A DNA stretch of 64,000 bases from Marsupella aquatica. Its lineage: Eukaryota; Plantae; Marchantiophyta. The stretch is taken from assembly GCA_973895155.1 (NCBI GenBank), contig OZ316895.1:2591659-2655658 (forward strand), read 5' to 3'. The position numbers and the translations under genes are program-made. Within the stretch, counting starts at the first letter, position 1, and the number at the start of each line of letters is the position of its first letter. Under the pieces are notes generated by a model, which was given only the letters and a program-made list of their open reading frames with translations, was not told the origin of the DNA and ran no database searches. Positions 45,341 through 59,900 of this stretch are shown here, one piece after another.

Positions 45341-47493
45341 TGGATTCTTCTCCAAGAATGCCCTGAAAAGCACAAAGCGAAAAATCATGAAGTGACATTA
45401 AGATCATATTAATTATGTCTCATTCGTGCAGTTTCAAAAAGTGATACTATCCTCTCTTCATTTGATGAGTATACCTATTCCTAAAGTCAAGTAAACATAG
45501 ACGAGTGACGAGTCGTACAGGTCGCTTGAAAAAGTTTGCTTAATCAACCCCCTCCATGCTTTTCCCCAATCTGGACCGTTGATAGACCTTTAGATCTTAG
45601 ATCTGGACTGTTGATAGACCTCAGGGGGTTGATCAAGTAATAAGTTTCATTTTGGCGGTCCATCAAGCAAATACCTCTATTTTATGTCTTTAGCCAAGTT
45701 CATCCCATTAGAAGTACAGGGGTAGCCCACAAGTGTTACCAATCAAAGAATTGTGGGACCATAGGAGGCCACATCCTCATAGCTGGATAGTAGAACTTGA
45801 GAATATTACAGCAATCATTAACAAATATAAATGAAGAAAGGTACCCCGGTAAACAGCAGGTCGAGGGAAGGAGGACAAATGATGACATGAACAAAGGAGC
45901 AATTTAGTTTGGTCTTTTGTGACCCAATGTCTTCTGGCCAGGACCCGGTCTTCGTTTGCATTCAAGCTTCCAAAACATGCTGAATGTATTCTTGCAAGTG
46001 GTGTGGTTTAGGAGGAATGTTATTCATCCTATGTAGGACCATTTGAGAGATTGTACAAGAAATATTGGAGACAGCATTATGTGTATATATCACACTGCCA
46101 AAAATCAAGAAGTGCCAAATTGGGACACCAGATCACAAACACATGAGACCCAATAGGGCATTTCAAACCAGCCATTTCTCAAATTTCTTATGGGCAGCCT
46201 CTAGAGGGAATTCGTGTCACTAGGTCTTTTTGTTGGGCAGCCACTAGGAGAAAGTAGTACTCCACAATGTTGGCAGCAAAAGTCAAAATAATCACTTTGG
46301 GGTGAGTGGGTGTTTCCAAAGGTGACATTTTCATTTGGTGTCTATAGAACTATGGGCTTTTCACAAACAGCAGGGCTAGCCACTGGTGTTTTATGGATGC
46401 AGTTTGCGCTAGGTGCAAAACTCATTTTGGGCACAATGCACATCTTTTGTTCAGCTGCACTAATAGTACCTGTAGATGGAGAGAGATCCCTGCAACATTG
46501 GAGGTCCCCCAGCAAGGGTCCCTGTACAAGGCATCACTTCAGCCATTCGTCGTACAAAAGGAAATCTGGCTCCTTGGTTCTGATTATGGACATGTGTTGT
46601 AGCATATGGAAGGAAAGGCATTTAGCATTTTACTCCCATTTCCTTGGAAGTTTGCTGGGCTGGGCTGGGCTGTCTTGTGCCAAGCAGAAACACATTTGGT
46701 ATCCATTAGGGATATTTGTCACTCTGCAAGCAAGAGCAAAAAGCTGAAACACTCCATTGACCAACTCCAGGTTGTCCTGAAGCTGTGGGGGACTACAAAG
46801 GACCCAATTTCACTAAACACCAATGAGCTTGATGCTTTAAAGACTCAATGGTGAGAGGAAAAGATATTATGTCCAAAGACGGGAATTAGAGGTGACAACA
46901 CACCAGATTCCACACTTTCTAGTGCTGGATTTGTAAGCAACATGAGCCTACTTAGCATTAGACATAGGATTTTACTTCCAACATGGTAGCAAGTTATAGT
47001 AGGCTGAAATCCTTTGATAGCCCTGGACAACAACAGAACTTCTTGAGTACTCGGTTTGAGGTAGCCTCTTGCTGAGCAGAACTAAGCAGCACTGGGAGGT
47101 TGAGGGAACCACGTGGCTGTTTAGGATGGCATGGCCTGAATGCTTGTATGGGTTGTGGGACTGGCTTCCCTGGCACAGTTTGCAGTCTGACTTGGATGGC
47201 TTGTGTCCCATTGTGTGGGATTGATGGGGCTGTGCATCTTGTTAATTAAAAAATATAATAAAATGTAGCCCAGGGGTTTTTTTTGGTTTGAGGTGGGTCA
47301 CAACACCCAGCTTCTTCACCATCAATTTTCTGAATGGAGCCAAACAAATTTTGGTGTGGACACTAGTGCACTGAACGCCCAAGTTAGTGGCAGTAGCATT
47401 GTTTATAAAGCACAAATTTCTGACCATCTACCCAGGCTGCAACCTTTTCAGTCATGGTAAACCTCCAGGCAACAGGTGACTCAAGACTCCCTA

Positions 47494-47919
47494 GAGCATC
47501 TCCAGCAGTTTAGGGGTGAATGATGGCTCAAAACCAAGATTTAGATCGTCTTTTGGAGGTCTGAAAATTAAAATGCCCTCGTATTGAATTCAGTCACCAT
47601 TCTTTTAACCCTTCTTTGATTACCGTAGTGTCCAAAGTGATGCGTTGTGACCCCTTGTTTTTTTTTTTTACTTCAATGGTCTCCAAAAGTGATGTGTTGT
47701 TATACCCAGTTTTGAAATCTCAAACATACCCCCATCTTGTGACATGTGGTGGAATCTCAAATATAAATGAAAATACAGGACACTATGTCCCATATAATTT
47801 TGAAAATGGAGGCTTTTTGCCATTTATCGAGGGCTAGGGGTCACTTCTGAGAAGCCATCCCTCCAAAATAAACCCTTACATGCTTCTTTAAAAATTTGAC
47901 CCCACTTTTGGATATTCTC
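47494..47919. mobile_element. Possible degenerate PIF/Harbinger (Tourist-like) MITE
   Basis: Begins GAGCATCTCCA, typical of Tourist TIRs; ends TGGATATTCTC (2 mismatches). Flanks cta/taa are an imperfect TSD. Confidence 0.35.
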
Positions 47920-48099
47920 TAAATGGGGGCAAACAACGAAACGCGACGGTGTGCCTCCTCACTCCGTCACTCCCAAACCCTGCAAGAGTGCAAGAGGAAA
48001 AGTCTTACACATCGTACTGCAGAGAAGAGCACGGTAACTCCGCTCTACAGATTAAGTTACTTTTGTGCTACTTCGAAAGTAAGTTTGTTTATAGGGAAT

Positions 48100-48390
48100 T
48101 GAAGATTAGCATTAATGTATGCAGGTAGAGATTGCCCAAGGTGTACTTTCCAGCCGTGAGGGATGAGCAGTGCACACGGTTGGTACCTTGGTATTTGAGC
48201 CCTGAGAAAGTAAGAAAGGAGTGGATACTGGGGACCCTAGCTCCCTGCCTTGGAGACAAGAATTTTTGCGAGAATAAATTATTTTAAAGTTTGTGGAATG
48301 GAAGATTAGCATTAATTTAACCGGTGATATTACCCAGGGTGTACTTTCGAGCCTCGAGGGACGAGTAATGCACACGGTAGTACCTTGAAA
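48100..48390. repeat. Diverged direct duplication, ~200-bp spacing
   Basis: gaagattagcattaat..ccca(a/g)ggtgtactttc..gaggga..atgcacacggt..gtaccttg at 48102 and 48301. Confidence 0.75.
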
Positions 48391-51300
48391 TTTGAGCTCT
48401 AATGTCCGTGTTGGGGACTGGGGACTGTCCGTTGCTCCCAGCAATGGGGACCGGCTGTTATTTATCAGGGATTTTATCCTCATAAACCCATCGGGCATCG
48501 TGCATTTTGTCTGAAGACGGTCAGATTTTTGCGGCTGAGGAACGCGATTTTATTCCTTGACGACTGCAAATGTTTTTGGTTCAGAGAAAGGAAATTGTAT
48601 CTGGGAACACTAACGTGAAATGAACAAAGAGCTCTGCTTTTAATGTCTTGGATAAAATGGTAGATTTTTCGTGGTTTTCTCCGTTAGATAACTCACTAAC
48701 TACATATGGGTCCCCGTAAGTGCAATCAAAATATGATGTATACTACAGTTCAAAGTACCCTGATACACTTCATTATTATTTTTAAATCAATGAGTATACA
48801 CCAACCATATATTATCACATTGTGATTACCTGGCAGGGACTATATGTTGGATGATCGTGGCAAAGGTCAAAGGAGCTTTCAATTATATCATCTATTGTTG
48901 GCAAGGGATTTGACTTCCAATATGTTGCAAAATACGGTTCTTATTTGGGACTTGGGGGGATCAATGGCAATGAGACACCACACCCAATGGTGCAAGTCGC
49001 ACCTGGTTTGGCACTATGGGTGGGGAAAGCCCTTTTGCTAAACACTACAATAAATGACCGTTCATTAAACACTACAATATATGATCCCGTACAAATGGGG
49101 GATCATTTGCTTACAAAATTGGAAAGGGACAGGAACCAATCTTGGCCCTTCACCAAAAGAATGATTTTTTGCAAGATCAGATTCACCCATACACCCCTAA
49201 TATCTGGCTTGTCTACCCAAGCTGCCCGAAGCCAGAATGAAAAAAATAAATAAATCAAATTTGAAAAAACTTTGAATATATATAAGAACCTAAAATGCTT
49301 AGAATATCAATAAATTAAAGTTTCTAAAAATGAAGAGACAATAGAGAAGAAAATTAGAACCCTCCCGCTTGTGTATGGACTCTGCAATGTAATGCCTGTC
49401 ATGTTGAGTCTGTGGGCATGCACCCTAGCTCCCCAACAAGAAAACTTTCACAACAAGAACACTGACCAAGCTGATAACAATTTTGTAACAATAACCACCC
49501 AACTGAGCAGACTTATACACCCACAAACAGCACTTCACAGATGACATTCAAAATGACAACACCGCATTGCGTCACTTGCAATTCTTGCACCACCTTGACA
49601 TCTTGCACAACACACTACCAATCATTGTTGCACCAACAACCACATGACTGCGATAAGTGCATGGGGTCACAAACTACAACTTGTCTCATCTTGACATTTT
49701 TGTGCCATGGATAAGTATTGTTACACCAACAACAACATGGCTGCAATTACAGTCATACAACCTACGGTATGGGCTATCAAACACTAGAATATGCCAAAGA
49801 TGACATCAATGAATCGTGGCTATCAAATAAACAACCGCTTATTCATAGCCGTTCAATTGGGTAGAAACATCTCCTTCACGACCTCTGTGCCCTCTGCCCA
49901 CACTGTGATATGTCTGTCGCAGTACATTTGGGTATGTGTGTGCCTGCGGAATCCAAAGAGGGTTAAACTAGTTTGGCAAAAAATAGTACATGATGAGATT
50001 CTTTATTGACACAAATAAAGTTTGCTTGTGTTTTACTCTCTTCAACTTATGTTTTCATGCGGTCACATTTGAACATTTTGTGCATTCTATTTCATTGAGA
50101 TGATTGACCTTTAGGTTTTGACTACTGTCCACACTAAATTTGCAGTGGCAATATCATAACGACAATGATAACACGATCACAATGACACCATAGTCACAAC
50201 AAGCGCATTGATTACATGGTAGTAAAAACAATTGTGCAATGCAGTATTATTAGAATATTTATTTATTATAATGTGTGCATACCTTGAGGGCCAACCAGAT
50301 CGGCAACACCAAGAACACAGGGCCACAAACCCCACATGGAAATCTGCCGGAGCATGCAAAAGCCCTTCCCTCAGCAGGAAAAGCGAGAGATAGCTTGTAC
50401 AACTCCAGGTACAAAAAAAGAGAAATATCTCCCGACGACGAAGCCGATCTGACTGACAGCAATATATGGATCTATACAATAGTATCCAAAGTGGGTGAAT
50501 AGTTCCACCTTAAGTTTCCCTAATGGCTTTTAAGCGTAAAAGGCAGAGTTATACGGACAATTCATACCCAAATGTTTGTCAACCATATGTGTGAGGTGTG
50601 ATGCATTCCAGTGCCCTAGGTAGTGATGCCCCATTTTTCTAGGGCCTACGCAAAGATGCCAGAATAAAATTATCTTGTTTTAGTTATTTAATGAAAAAGA
50701 ATTATGTATGCACTCAAAGGTCATATTTTCATCAGAATATTTAAATCTTAATAATTATTTTATTGGGGGAGTGAGGATGACATGAGGAAAATTAAGCCTG
50801 GGAAGGACACCCTGAGTAATATTTTCAGGTGTCTCGATCAACTATAAACCTTTTTTTAGCAAACTTGTGTATTTATTTAAGCAACTTTTGGATCTCTTTT
50901 TCAACTCAAATCTTCCTACATGTTCTCTGACTTACAATCTATTATTTGGAAAAGTTTAAATGTTTTTTGAAATCATTTGGTCCATTGTTGGTGAGTGCAA
51001 AATGGTCCAATATTATAAACTAACTGTCAACGGACTCTCCATTTTTGTAAAGAACTCCCTCAGTATTTGGACACAAGCACCAACTTAGTAGTTGAGGAAA
51101 GGACACTTCACTTTTATGAAGGACTCCCTGAATAATGTGCATGAGATGCTACTTATAGGTCACATAACAAAGCTATTCGAGCAAATTGTCATGTTATCTC
51201 AATTTTGGAAATCCATGAGGGTTTCAGAGCAAACCCAGTCCTTCGAGGCTTTACTTTCATGGCATGACAGTATTTTGCCAAGCAGCACAATAAATAAATG

Positions 51301-53477
51301 TGAAAGTAATGCCAAAATATATACTTTTATTTATTTTATTTTATTAAATAATCATGTCTACACTGAAAAGTCAACGTTTGCATCAAAATATTTAAATCTT
51401 ATTAGTTATTTTAATTTGGGAAACGAGGATGACATGACGGTATTTCACCAAGCAGCACAATAAAGTCTAGCTGGTTCAGAAGGTCAGGGATGCCCTTGAC
51501 GGGTGAAGACCAACGGGTCTCACGGACTGCACTGGTACTCTGGTAGGATTTGCCGTTTGCCAAATGCTCACGTGGTTTCTTCACAAGTTCAAGGCTCAGC
51601 AATGCTGTACGAAAGGGCGGGAGCAAGAGTCTTTTTGACTGGATTCAGTAATAACGTCTTACAGTCCTGAAATGTGCATCATGTCGCTTTGCTTGCACGG
51701 TTCGCCATCATTAGAAAAGTACCCGCAGTAAAACGGACTCCTTTCTTCTCTTCTTCCACGGTTGGCATAATGATGGTCAAGTGCAAGCGAGTCGGTGGCT
51801 TGTCGTACCATTATTATCGTGTTAGAGCACTATAAGAGCAATACTAATAATACTTTTGAGCCAACTACAGTATTTTGGTAGTTCCCTTTGTGTCCCCTTC
51901 GATTTTTCGTTTTATTGACAAACTCATTGGAGGCTGAATTCATACACAAGGCAACTTGCAGTGCACCTTACAGAGTGACTAGCAACTCTTTACTGTCTCA
52001 AGATTTCACTTCTGGATTAGACAATTACCACAGGTTAGAAGTAGACTAAATTCTACTACGATGTCGCTTTAGGTTACTTTGTTACACTTTCCAGCTGTTG
52101 ACGGGCTAGACAAACGTACCATAATAACCATTAGGGTCTAACTATTACGCTCCCTCACTCATTCACTGTATTACTGCAGTACAGTTTACTGCAGTGCAGT
52201 AAATGTACAATATTCGTTGCAGTAATAAGTATTTGTCCTGGGTATCGCGTACATGACTTGAGTATAGGAAAGAACTATTCGATAGTACCGGTAACATACC
52301 TTCCAAGGAATCGTTTCCTCGGTCCGAGTAACACTAACTTAACTTATTAGAGAAAGAAAAAGAAATGAAATGAAAAGCAATGCTTGGTGGAAGTGCATGT
52401 ACATGTCCCCAAGGTTTGAGAGAAAATTCATTTCTTGATTGAGTTCTGTATATTGATGACATTAGTTGTGCTCAGCTGCGTCAACTTTGACTGCAGTCAG
52501 TTGTGTTCATTGTGGCTTGCTTCTGTACATTGTGCTTCAGTTGGCGTCTTCTGTATGCTACGGTGACTCTATTTCGATGTTGTGGGCATTTCATCCCGGT
52601 TATTGGTCAATTGATTATTGGCAATGCTGAATATTGTAGTAGGCTTCTACACTTAAAATAGGCTACAGGATACTTCAAATGAAGTTAGAAGGAAACCTAC
52701 AGTAATATACCGTAATCCATAATCCAATACTAGGAAAGTTAATTAATGGACACAAGGCAGATGAAGCAGAAATCATGGACCAAGGGTTTTCCCTCACCCC
52801 AGCAGTCCGCCAGTCGTGCAGCTATTCTCACCCAAGGGATCCGCAAGTTGTGTAGCTATATTCTGTTTCGGTTAGGTTTCCGTTTCTTTGCCCCCCACCC
52901 CCTCCAAACAATATAAATAAATTGGATGGACAAAGCGTATTTTGCATCCAGAATATAGTGCGAATCATTTTATACAAAAGGAAAGGTGCCAACTGAATGG
53001 GATATTTGGAGTGACCCTTGGAAGTTACTATGGTCTATCCAAATATCTCATCAAAGCTAACGGTCCATGTCAACACTTAGTCCTCCAAGAAACCACGCTA
53101 CGCTGTCAGTTTTCAAGTTGGAGACATACATGCAAAAGGACTATAGACTACAACATCACTATTTGTGCATGCCATTACAATGTTGCTACACAAACCCCTG
53201 TAAATTGGAAGAGAACCTACGCATGAGCCAAACTATTTTTGTGGGGAAAATCACAGAATTCCACCTCACTAAAAGGTATTCCCCACTTTCTGTGACAACT
53301 CCAGTTTTCCACCTAACAGCAAACCCCACCAGCCAGAATCTGATTAGAATTAAATCTAGGAAACATACACCAATTTTCACCTCACAAAAAAGTATTCCCC
53401 ATTTCAGTGAAGATTCACTAGACTTTTTGACCTACATTCACCTCACAAAAAGTATTCACCTTTTCACACACACCTAA

Positions 53478-53800
53478 TCAACTGGCTTTGGTCAGTTGGC
53501 CAGAGGATGACCCTCGAACCGAGAGGTCCCAGGTTCAATCCTCCCTCCACACATAAGGGGTGTGGAGGGTATGTGTATGTGTGTGTGTGGGTGGAGTGTA
53601 GTGGTGGGAGTATTGATTATCTCCTCAGCCCTGGTTATCCACTTTGGGTTCTGGTTTAATCTTTTTTCCCTCCTGGTCTGGGTCCCTGTCGGATCCTTGG
53701 GTATTGTCCCCTTGTGGTTGCCCTACATAGAACTGCATGCTCCAAAGTAGGACGTCTATCTTCTGTTGGATGGGCCTGTTTTCGGTTTTCAAGGCAAAAA
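53478..53800 (+). mobile_element. tRNA-derived SINE-like element
   Basis: A-box-like TGGTCAGTTGG (~53489) and B-box GGTTCAATCC (53532-53541) at tRNA-like spacing, then a GT-rich body and a short A tail. No complete acceptor stem. Confidence 0.55.
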
Positions 53801-55522
53801 CAGTGTCACAAAGTGTAAAGCCTCTATTACCTTTAGCCTAGATTCTACCTGTAAATTCCATTACCTGTAGTATAAATCTAGGCTACAGGTAGTGTAAAAG
53901 AAAAAGTATTCACCTTTTCAGTGAAAATTCACTACACATTTTTTCTTAAATTAGCCAGTTACCAGCGAGTCACAACATCCAGAATCTCATGATTATCCTT
54001 AAATCTAGGATCTAAGACTCATACATTAGTCAATGGAAATACATAAAGTAATATTCTTAGACATTAGAAATTACCTCTGTACAGACTCCAGACCACACTC
54101 AACGGGGTGAGAGAATGTTCCCTGCCTGGCGACTCGGAGAAAGACTCATCTACTTATTACTGTAGTGTGCCCTGCTTCCATGGAAATAACTGAGTAGCCA
54201 AGAAGGGTAAATAAAGAGGACGGGACAAGGACGAGCGTAATTGCATCCGTAGTTATTGCGTGGCCGATGAATGGGTGGGTCCGGGCGCGAAAGCAACACG
54301 GGAGCGATGGTGGAAAATTGATGAGAACTAAAGAAGAAAACATGCAGAATGATTAGCTGCGGGCGAGCGTGCTGCAATTGACATAGGGTAATAAAGAACT
54401 CCCTGCAGGTTTGGATCAGAGGGAGGATATCGATTGCTCGACGATTTGCCTGCGCTTGACCAGCGATTACATAGCGAGAAGAAGTCGAGGAGCAGCGGAG
54501 CAGAAGAAGAGGTGATAAGTAGAAGAGTGTAGTTCATTAGAGGATTGAGCAGCAAACGGAGTTAACAATGGGATTGGTTTGGAGGTTTGGACGTGCCCAG
54601 GCCTTGACGGGAGACATTTTCACAATCTAAACAATTATGGACGAATATGAATGAACGTCTGTCTGTTTCGCCGAGGTTGGACTCAACTCTTGAAGATTCT
54701 ATCTGGGTTGATAGCTTGCTGGCTGCATTATTGGATGATCTGTGTCATGCTGGAAAGGGTTACCGAATCAATCCCTGCGGCGGCTGTAATTGTCAAGTAC
54801 TTGCTTCATCATTGATTGATTGCCAATAAGGGCTGGCGATGATCATCCTCGTCAATGTGGAACGACTCCCAGTGCAATTCTGTTAGGCATGAGACTATGA
54901 GGCTCACAGTGTATCGTTTATTTGCGGAATAGTCTGCCCGTGAAGCTCTTCCTCTTCTGATGTTGCTGGTGAGAGTCTTCTCGATTTCACTCAAAAGTTT
55001 GGTCACTTCTGCCTCTAGTGTATTCCGGCAACCATTCGTCAGCTGCAAAGGGGATTTTTGGATTTTCGGAATTACCGGGTACAGCGTGCGAGTTCACGTG
55101 TTTGACGCCCTTTGATCAGTGGGGTTCTGCCGTCTGAGATTTCTCTAAAGATTTTCGTGAGTTCTTGAACTGCAATTTCAATGTTCTTTACGAGTGTCTC
55201 TCTGTATGTGCAGTTTCTTAGGATAGTCGGATGACCTGGACTTCTGGAGTTGTAGAGGGATGTATGGAGTCTGTTGCGACCTGTTTGTCGATGTATGGTG
55301 AGATTCACATGTGTGAAGATTTTATTCAAGTTACCAAAGATCACATGGGTTGGGCTCTTTTGCAGAGAGATGAGAGAGTTTGCCTGGTCTAGGCATTTTA
55401 AGAGGTCGAACTTTCTCAAATTGGCAGAGGCTTTACACTACCTGTAGCCTAGATTGAGAATATGGACGACATCTCGGTGGTATTATAGGGCGGCCAAGAA
55501 TGTGTTAAGCGAGTGGATCAAG

Positions 55523-56992
55523 ATGGGAGGGCAGAGTAATTCAACAGCTGGAAAGCGAGTATCGGCGCAGTTCTCTCGTAACCCACGGGTCGCCAAATAC
55601 TGCACTAGTGAGACGTTTCAGCCAAAGAAGAAAGAAGCAGTGATAGGTCCGAGCCCCGCCGTCGGCAGGCCAGGTAGGAAAGGACCAAGGTTGATCTTTG
55701 GCGGTCTTATTAGAGGCTGCTTGAATCCCGAATCAACCGTGGCCATCAGAGAGCAAGCCAGAAAGGTCGTGAAGAAGCAAGCCAGAAAAATAGACGATGG
55801 CGCTGATGAATGTCTCTTGAATTCACTCCCTGAGGATGTCTGGCTCGAATGCCTGGCTCGGGTCTCCCGTAGCTCGCTTCACACGTCCATGATGGTCTGC
55901 CAGAAATGGAGATACACGTTGCAATCCAGCGAGTTTTATGAGGTGAGGAGGAGCAACCGCAAGGTGGAGAACTTGCTATTCGTGTTTGGAGGGGCCGGTA
56001 CAGGCCTCGCTTCAGCTGTTTACAGCAAGAGCTCTGGGACCTGGAAAGCCGGCCTCCTCTGTACTGAGAGAGCGCTGGAAAAGAACGACTGGTTGCTGGA
56101 TTATCACAACGCGGACCACTGCCTTCTTCATGTTCAGCCCGCCGTGGTCAAGCACAGAATTTACATTCTCGGCGCAGTTCCGTCCTACTCTGATGGCGGT
56201 GGTGGAGAAGGAGAAAGGGAATTCATTATTGTCTACGACACATGGACCAAAACCCTCACCAAAGGATCGCCAATGACTCATCCTCGAAAGAAATTTGCTA
56301 CCTGTGTGATCGCTGATCGCATTTACGTAGCAGGTGGGTCAAGCAGGGAGGATTCCAGAAGGGAGGCGATTACGGGTGCAGAAGAATACATCCCAGAATT
56401 GGACCTCTGGAGGCCTTTACCCAACATGCCCAAGAAAAGATATGCATGTCTGGGGGCCGCGGTGAATGGGATTTTCTATGTCATCGGGGGTTTAAAATTC
56501 AGCAGCATGCTTGGCCTTTGTGTGCAGCCATACCCTTATGAGGGTTCCATGGACTCCTTCAACACCAGAACGAGCGCTTGGCAAAGAACAATGAAGCTAC
56601 CCATGAGGGGTTGTGTGACGGCCTGCACGGTGGTCGGAGCATCCATCTACATGCTCTGCAGCCTAGCACTGGAGCTCTCGTTTTGGAAGTACGATACAGG
56701 GCACGATGGGGGAGTCGAGGGATTTTATGAGATAAAGCCTCCTCCGCCCATTCTATCACCTCTCCGGATCGACAATTATTTGAAGTTCTCTTGCGTGACG
56801 ATGGGAACTTCAGTGTACATAATTCAAGTAGGAGGATCGATTGACGATCTTTTGCGAAGGAGTGGGCGGTATGGGCGAGGTCTGAAGGAAGGACTTGTGC
56901 TAATATACGATACTGTGACCCGTGAATGGTCAAGAGGACCTGATTTACCTTACGTAAAGAATGGGGCAACGTGTGCTGTTGTGCTTTGCTAG
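55523..56992 (+). CDS. F-box/kelch-repeat protein, single exon
   Basis: F-box LLNSLPEDVWLECLARV..VCQKWR, then kelch repeats (LFVFGG, RIYVAGG..AEEYIPELDLWRPLPNM, FYVIGG, YDTVTREWSRGPDLP). First ATG at 55523. Confidence 0.93.
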   Translation: MGGQSNSTAGKRVSAQFSRNPRVAKYCTSETFQPKKKEAVIGPSPAVGRPGRKGPRLIFGGLIRGCLNPESTVAIREQARKVVKKQARKIDDGADECLLNSLPEDVWLECLARVSRSSLHTSMMVCQKWRYTLQSSEFYEVRRSNRKVENLLFVFGGAGTGLASAVYSKSSGTWKAGLLCTERALEKNDWLLDYHNADHCLLHVQPAVVKHRIYILGAVPSYSDGGGGEGEREFIIVYDTWTKTLTKGSPMTHPRKKFATCVIADRIYVAGGSSREDSRREAITGAEEYIPELDLWRPLPNMPKKRYACLGAAVNGIFYVIGGLKFSSMLGLCVQPYPYEGSMDSFNTRTSAWQRTMKLPMRGCVTACTVVGASIYMLCSLALELSFWKYDTGHDGGVEGFYEIKPPPPILSPLRIDNYLKFSCVTMGTSVYIIQVGGSIDDLLRRSGRYGRGLKEGLVLIYDTVTREWSRGPDLPYVKNGATCAVVLC

Positions 56993-59900
56993 CTACGACA
57001 GGACTCAGCTCGGGACGACAAGGCAACGTGGCACGCTTGAGAAAATGTATCGTGAGAGGCTTGTTGTGCGCTCCAAAGACCAGGCATGAGACAGAGTCAT
57101 CTTTCAGTCAATCCTCGGATGTCATCTCCCTTCTTTAACGATTCACGTCCAATGGTTTTAGACTTCAGACTACTTTTCATCATTAGGTCCCACGGCAACT
57201 GATTTGGGAGAGGGCCCAGCTGCAGCAAACCAACCATGACCTCCTGCTACAAACACATTCACCAGAGCGCGGTCGAGATTATTGCATTGAATTGGTTCCT
57301 AGAACTTGAACTAGAACTCCTGCTCTTGGGAAAAGCCAGGACCGAAGGGTAGCAATTTTTGTGCAGCACCGAATTGCTGCTTCTAACATTTCGCAATTGA
57401 ATCTGGCATCCTTGCGCTAAAAGGGCCTCACTTGTCCTACGTAAATACAGTGGTGCTTGCTGATATTGAAAAAAATTGCCTTGAATGGATGCATTTTTCT
57501 TTCTAAGTAAAAACTACCTTTCTACGCAACGACAAATTGGCCTTTATGATCGTCAGAAAAGTTCCGGGGAATAATCGCTGTGTATTCATTCTGCAATATA
57601 ATATCTTCGCATGGTCTACAGGAGAAACATGTTTGAGTGGACTGAACAGGGAGCTTGAATGTAACCCTATTGTAAAAAATCACTTGTAAAAGGAATGTGG
57701 TCCAGGGTCATGCCTCCGAAAGTTATGCACAAAATAATATGCTCTGACGTATTCCACATGGAACTAATGTAAAGGGCTTGTTCAAGGTTGATTTGTAAAG
57801 GTTAAGTAAGCATGTTCATGAAATTATGGTCCCTACAAGAAACTAGCCTCTTGTTAGTGGTTTCCCTTCCTCTCCCCCAAGGTGATCCAGACCTCACATT
57901 CCACCGTATGGTCATGTAGGACACACCTCTTAAAAGATGATTAGTAAACCATCATTTATTATTATTTTATTATCATGTGATTATTTCATCAACAAGTAAT
58001 TTGCAAGGCACCTTGGACTAACCCACCCATACAACTCCCTATCACGTTTGCCCCCCTCACTTTCTTACATATTATTTGAAATTCGAGGAGTCAATGAAAA
58101 TGTTTTTAGCTTTATTCATCTCAACGAGTACAATTTTTTCACATCTTGCTATCCGTGACTTTGTTACAAATTTCAGATATGAGCTCCTGGACAAGCTCCT
58201 GGACAGCAACAAAGATTGCTACCACTAGGTGTAGGTAGATGGGAAAAATACCGCATACCATAGAGTTCACCTGAGAGAATAATACCGTTTAGTGACGATC
58301 TGTTTTATTCGGAAACTTTGCAGTGTGGATTAAATCGGATAAGTGGCAGAGCAACATGCTGAGTCTGACATATATGTTGTAAGACTCTGCGTGGCTGCCT
58401 TGTACCTTTATCTTTGCACGGTCATGTTCGGTTCCTTCAGTGATGAACCGAACATGCAATCACGTGAAGTCTGCAATTAAGAGGAGAATTTTTAAAGTGG
58501 TAAGGACATTCCCCGTGTGATAATCTCTGACGAAACCCCAATAGCATATAAGGTTATAAGTGATAGGTGGATGGAGTTTGGTCACCCGGATGGCACCAGG
58601 CCAAACATTTAAAATTTTCTTCATAACATTACTTAATTACCGTAATGATTGAAAAATCATCTGTGGCAATCAACTAAACACTTGCATTTCCAACTCGAGA
58701 GATACTTGATCGACCGCCAAAAAAAACAAAATACTTCTTGATGGACCCATGAGTGATCCAGACCCTTGATAAATCTCAAATCAATGTACCCAAAGTTCAT
58801 GTGGTCTCTCAAGTATGACATTTTAATTTAGGGGTCCATCAAATATATCTCTTCATTTCTAACCATGAAAAATAAATGAATGGCAATTATACATTTGTTG
58901 AGCCCTCCAAAACCTCGTTTGTAAGCTACAGTAGCATTGGTAACTCATTTTGGCCCTTTACAAGCTTGGTACCATGATTTGGAGTACAATTTTTGGCCTT
59001 GATATCTTGCTTAATTTGAGTGTCAATGGAAAGTTTTTGGAGAGAGATATTACCATATCACAGTTGCCAAATAAAAGGTGGCTACTTGAGAACCATCCTC
59101 CCAGACTTACAGTTCTCCCTAGACTGGGAGAATGTGCTTAAGAGTACATCTTAGGTCACTATTTCTCTTCCACCCTACACCCTGCTTCAATCCAAGCTTT
59201 GTTTTTAGAATCCCTAGCACCTTAGACCATTTTTCCCAAAGACAATTTTTATTTGACAATAGAAATGCAGAATAGAATGATTTGAGAAGCAACCAACAAG
59301 AGGGAGAAATTGAAAACTTTGGTAGGATCACTCGAGCAATTTCTTTTGCCAGGAGAGCATCCGACAAAGGGCCTTGCTAAATCTCCCTTACTTGCGTGTG
59401 GTTTATTTTGGTTTGGTTTCCCTGATTTTCATTTTGTTAAAGGGCCTTGCAATTTATACAAAGGGATTTTTTGGCATTTCGGAAAATATATTGCCAGGTA
59501 AATATATTGGTAGAGATTTCGAAGATCTAACGGCTGAGATTTTATTAAACAAAACCTAACACTGGATATCTAAGATGAAGTACAGAAGAGCATTTGCATG
59601 CTGACCAGTCACCAATGAAGATTCTGGATTCTCTGTTCACGCCACATGCTCAGATCACTAAAAAATACATTGAATAATCCTTTTCGTAGATTAGACACCA
59701 TGCATCTGTAGTACATGACCTGGAGCATCGCCCAAGCCAGATGCATCTGAACAAGGGTGTGTGACCAAAACGTGAAGAGAAACAGATTATGCCAGAATCA
59801 GTGCTGCCTACTGTACTCTGCTCCTAACCTGAAAGTAACAAGTTATGCCACTTTTGGGCAGGTCACTGGTCTCAAATTATCTAACCAGAACATGAACATG

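Noticed and set aside
46300-47450. Possible decayed LINE or gene fragment
   Set aside because: The composition looks coding-like but no RT, endonuclease or other motif could be confirmed.
53481-53550. Functional tRNA gene
   Set aside because: A and B boxes are present, but I could not form acceptor and anticodon stems; it is better explained as a SINE head.
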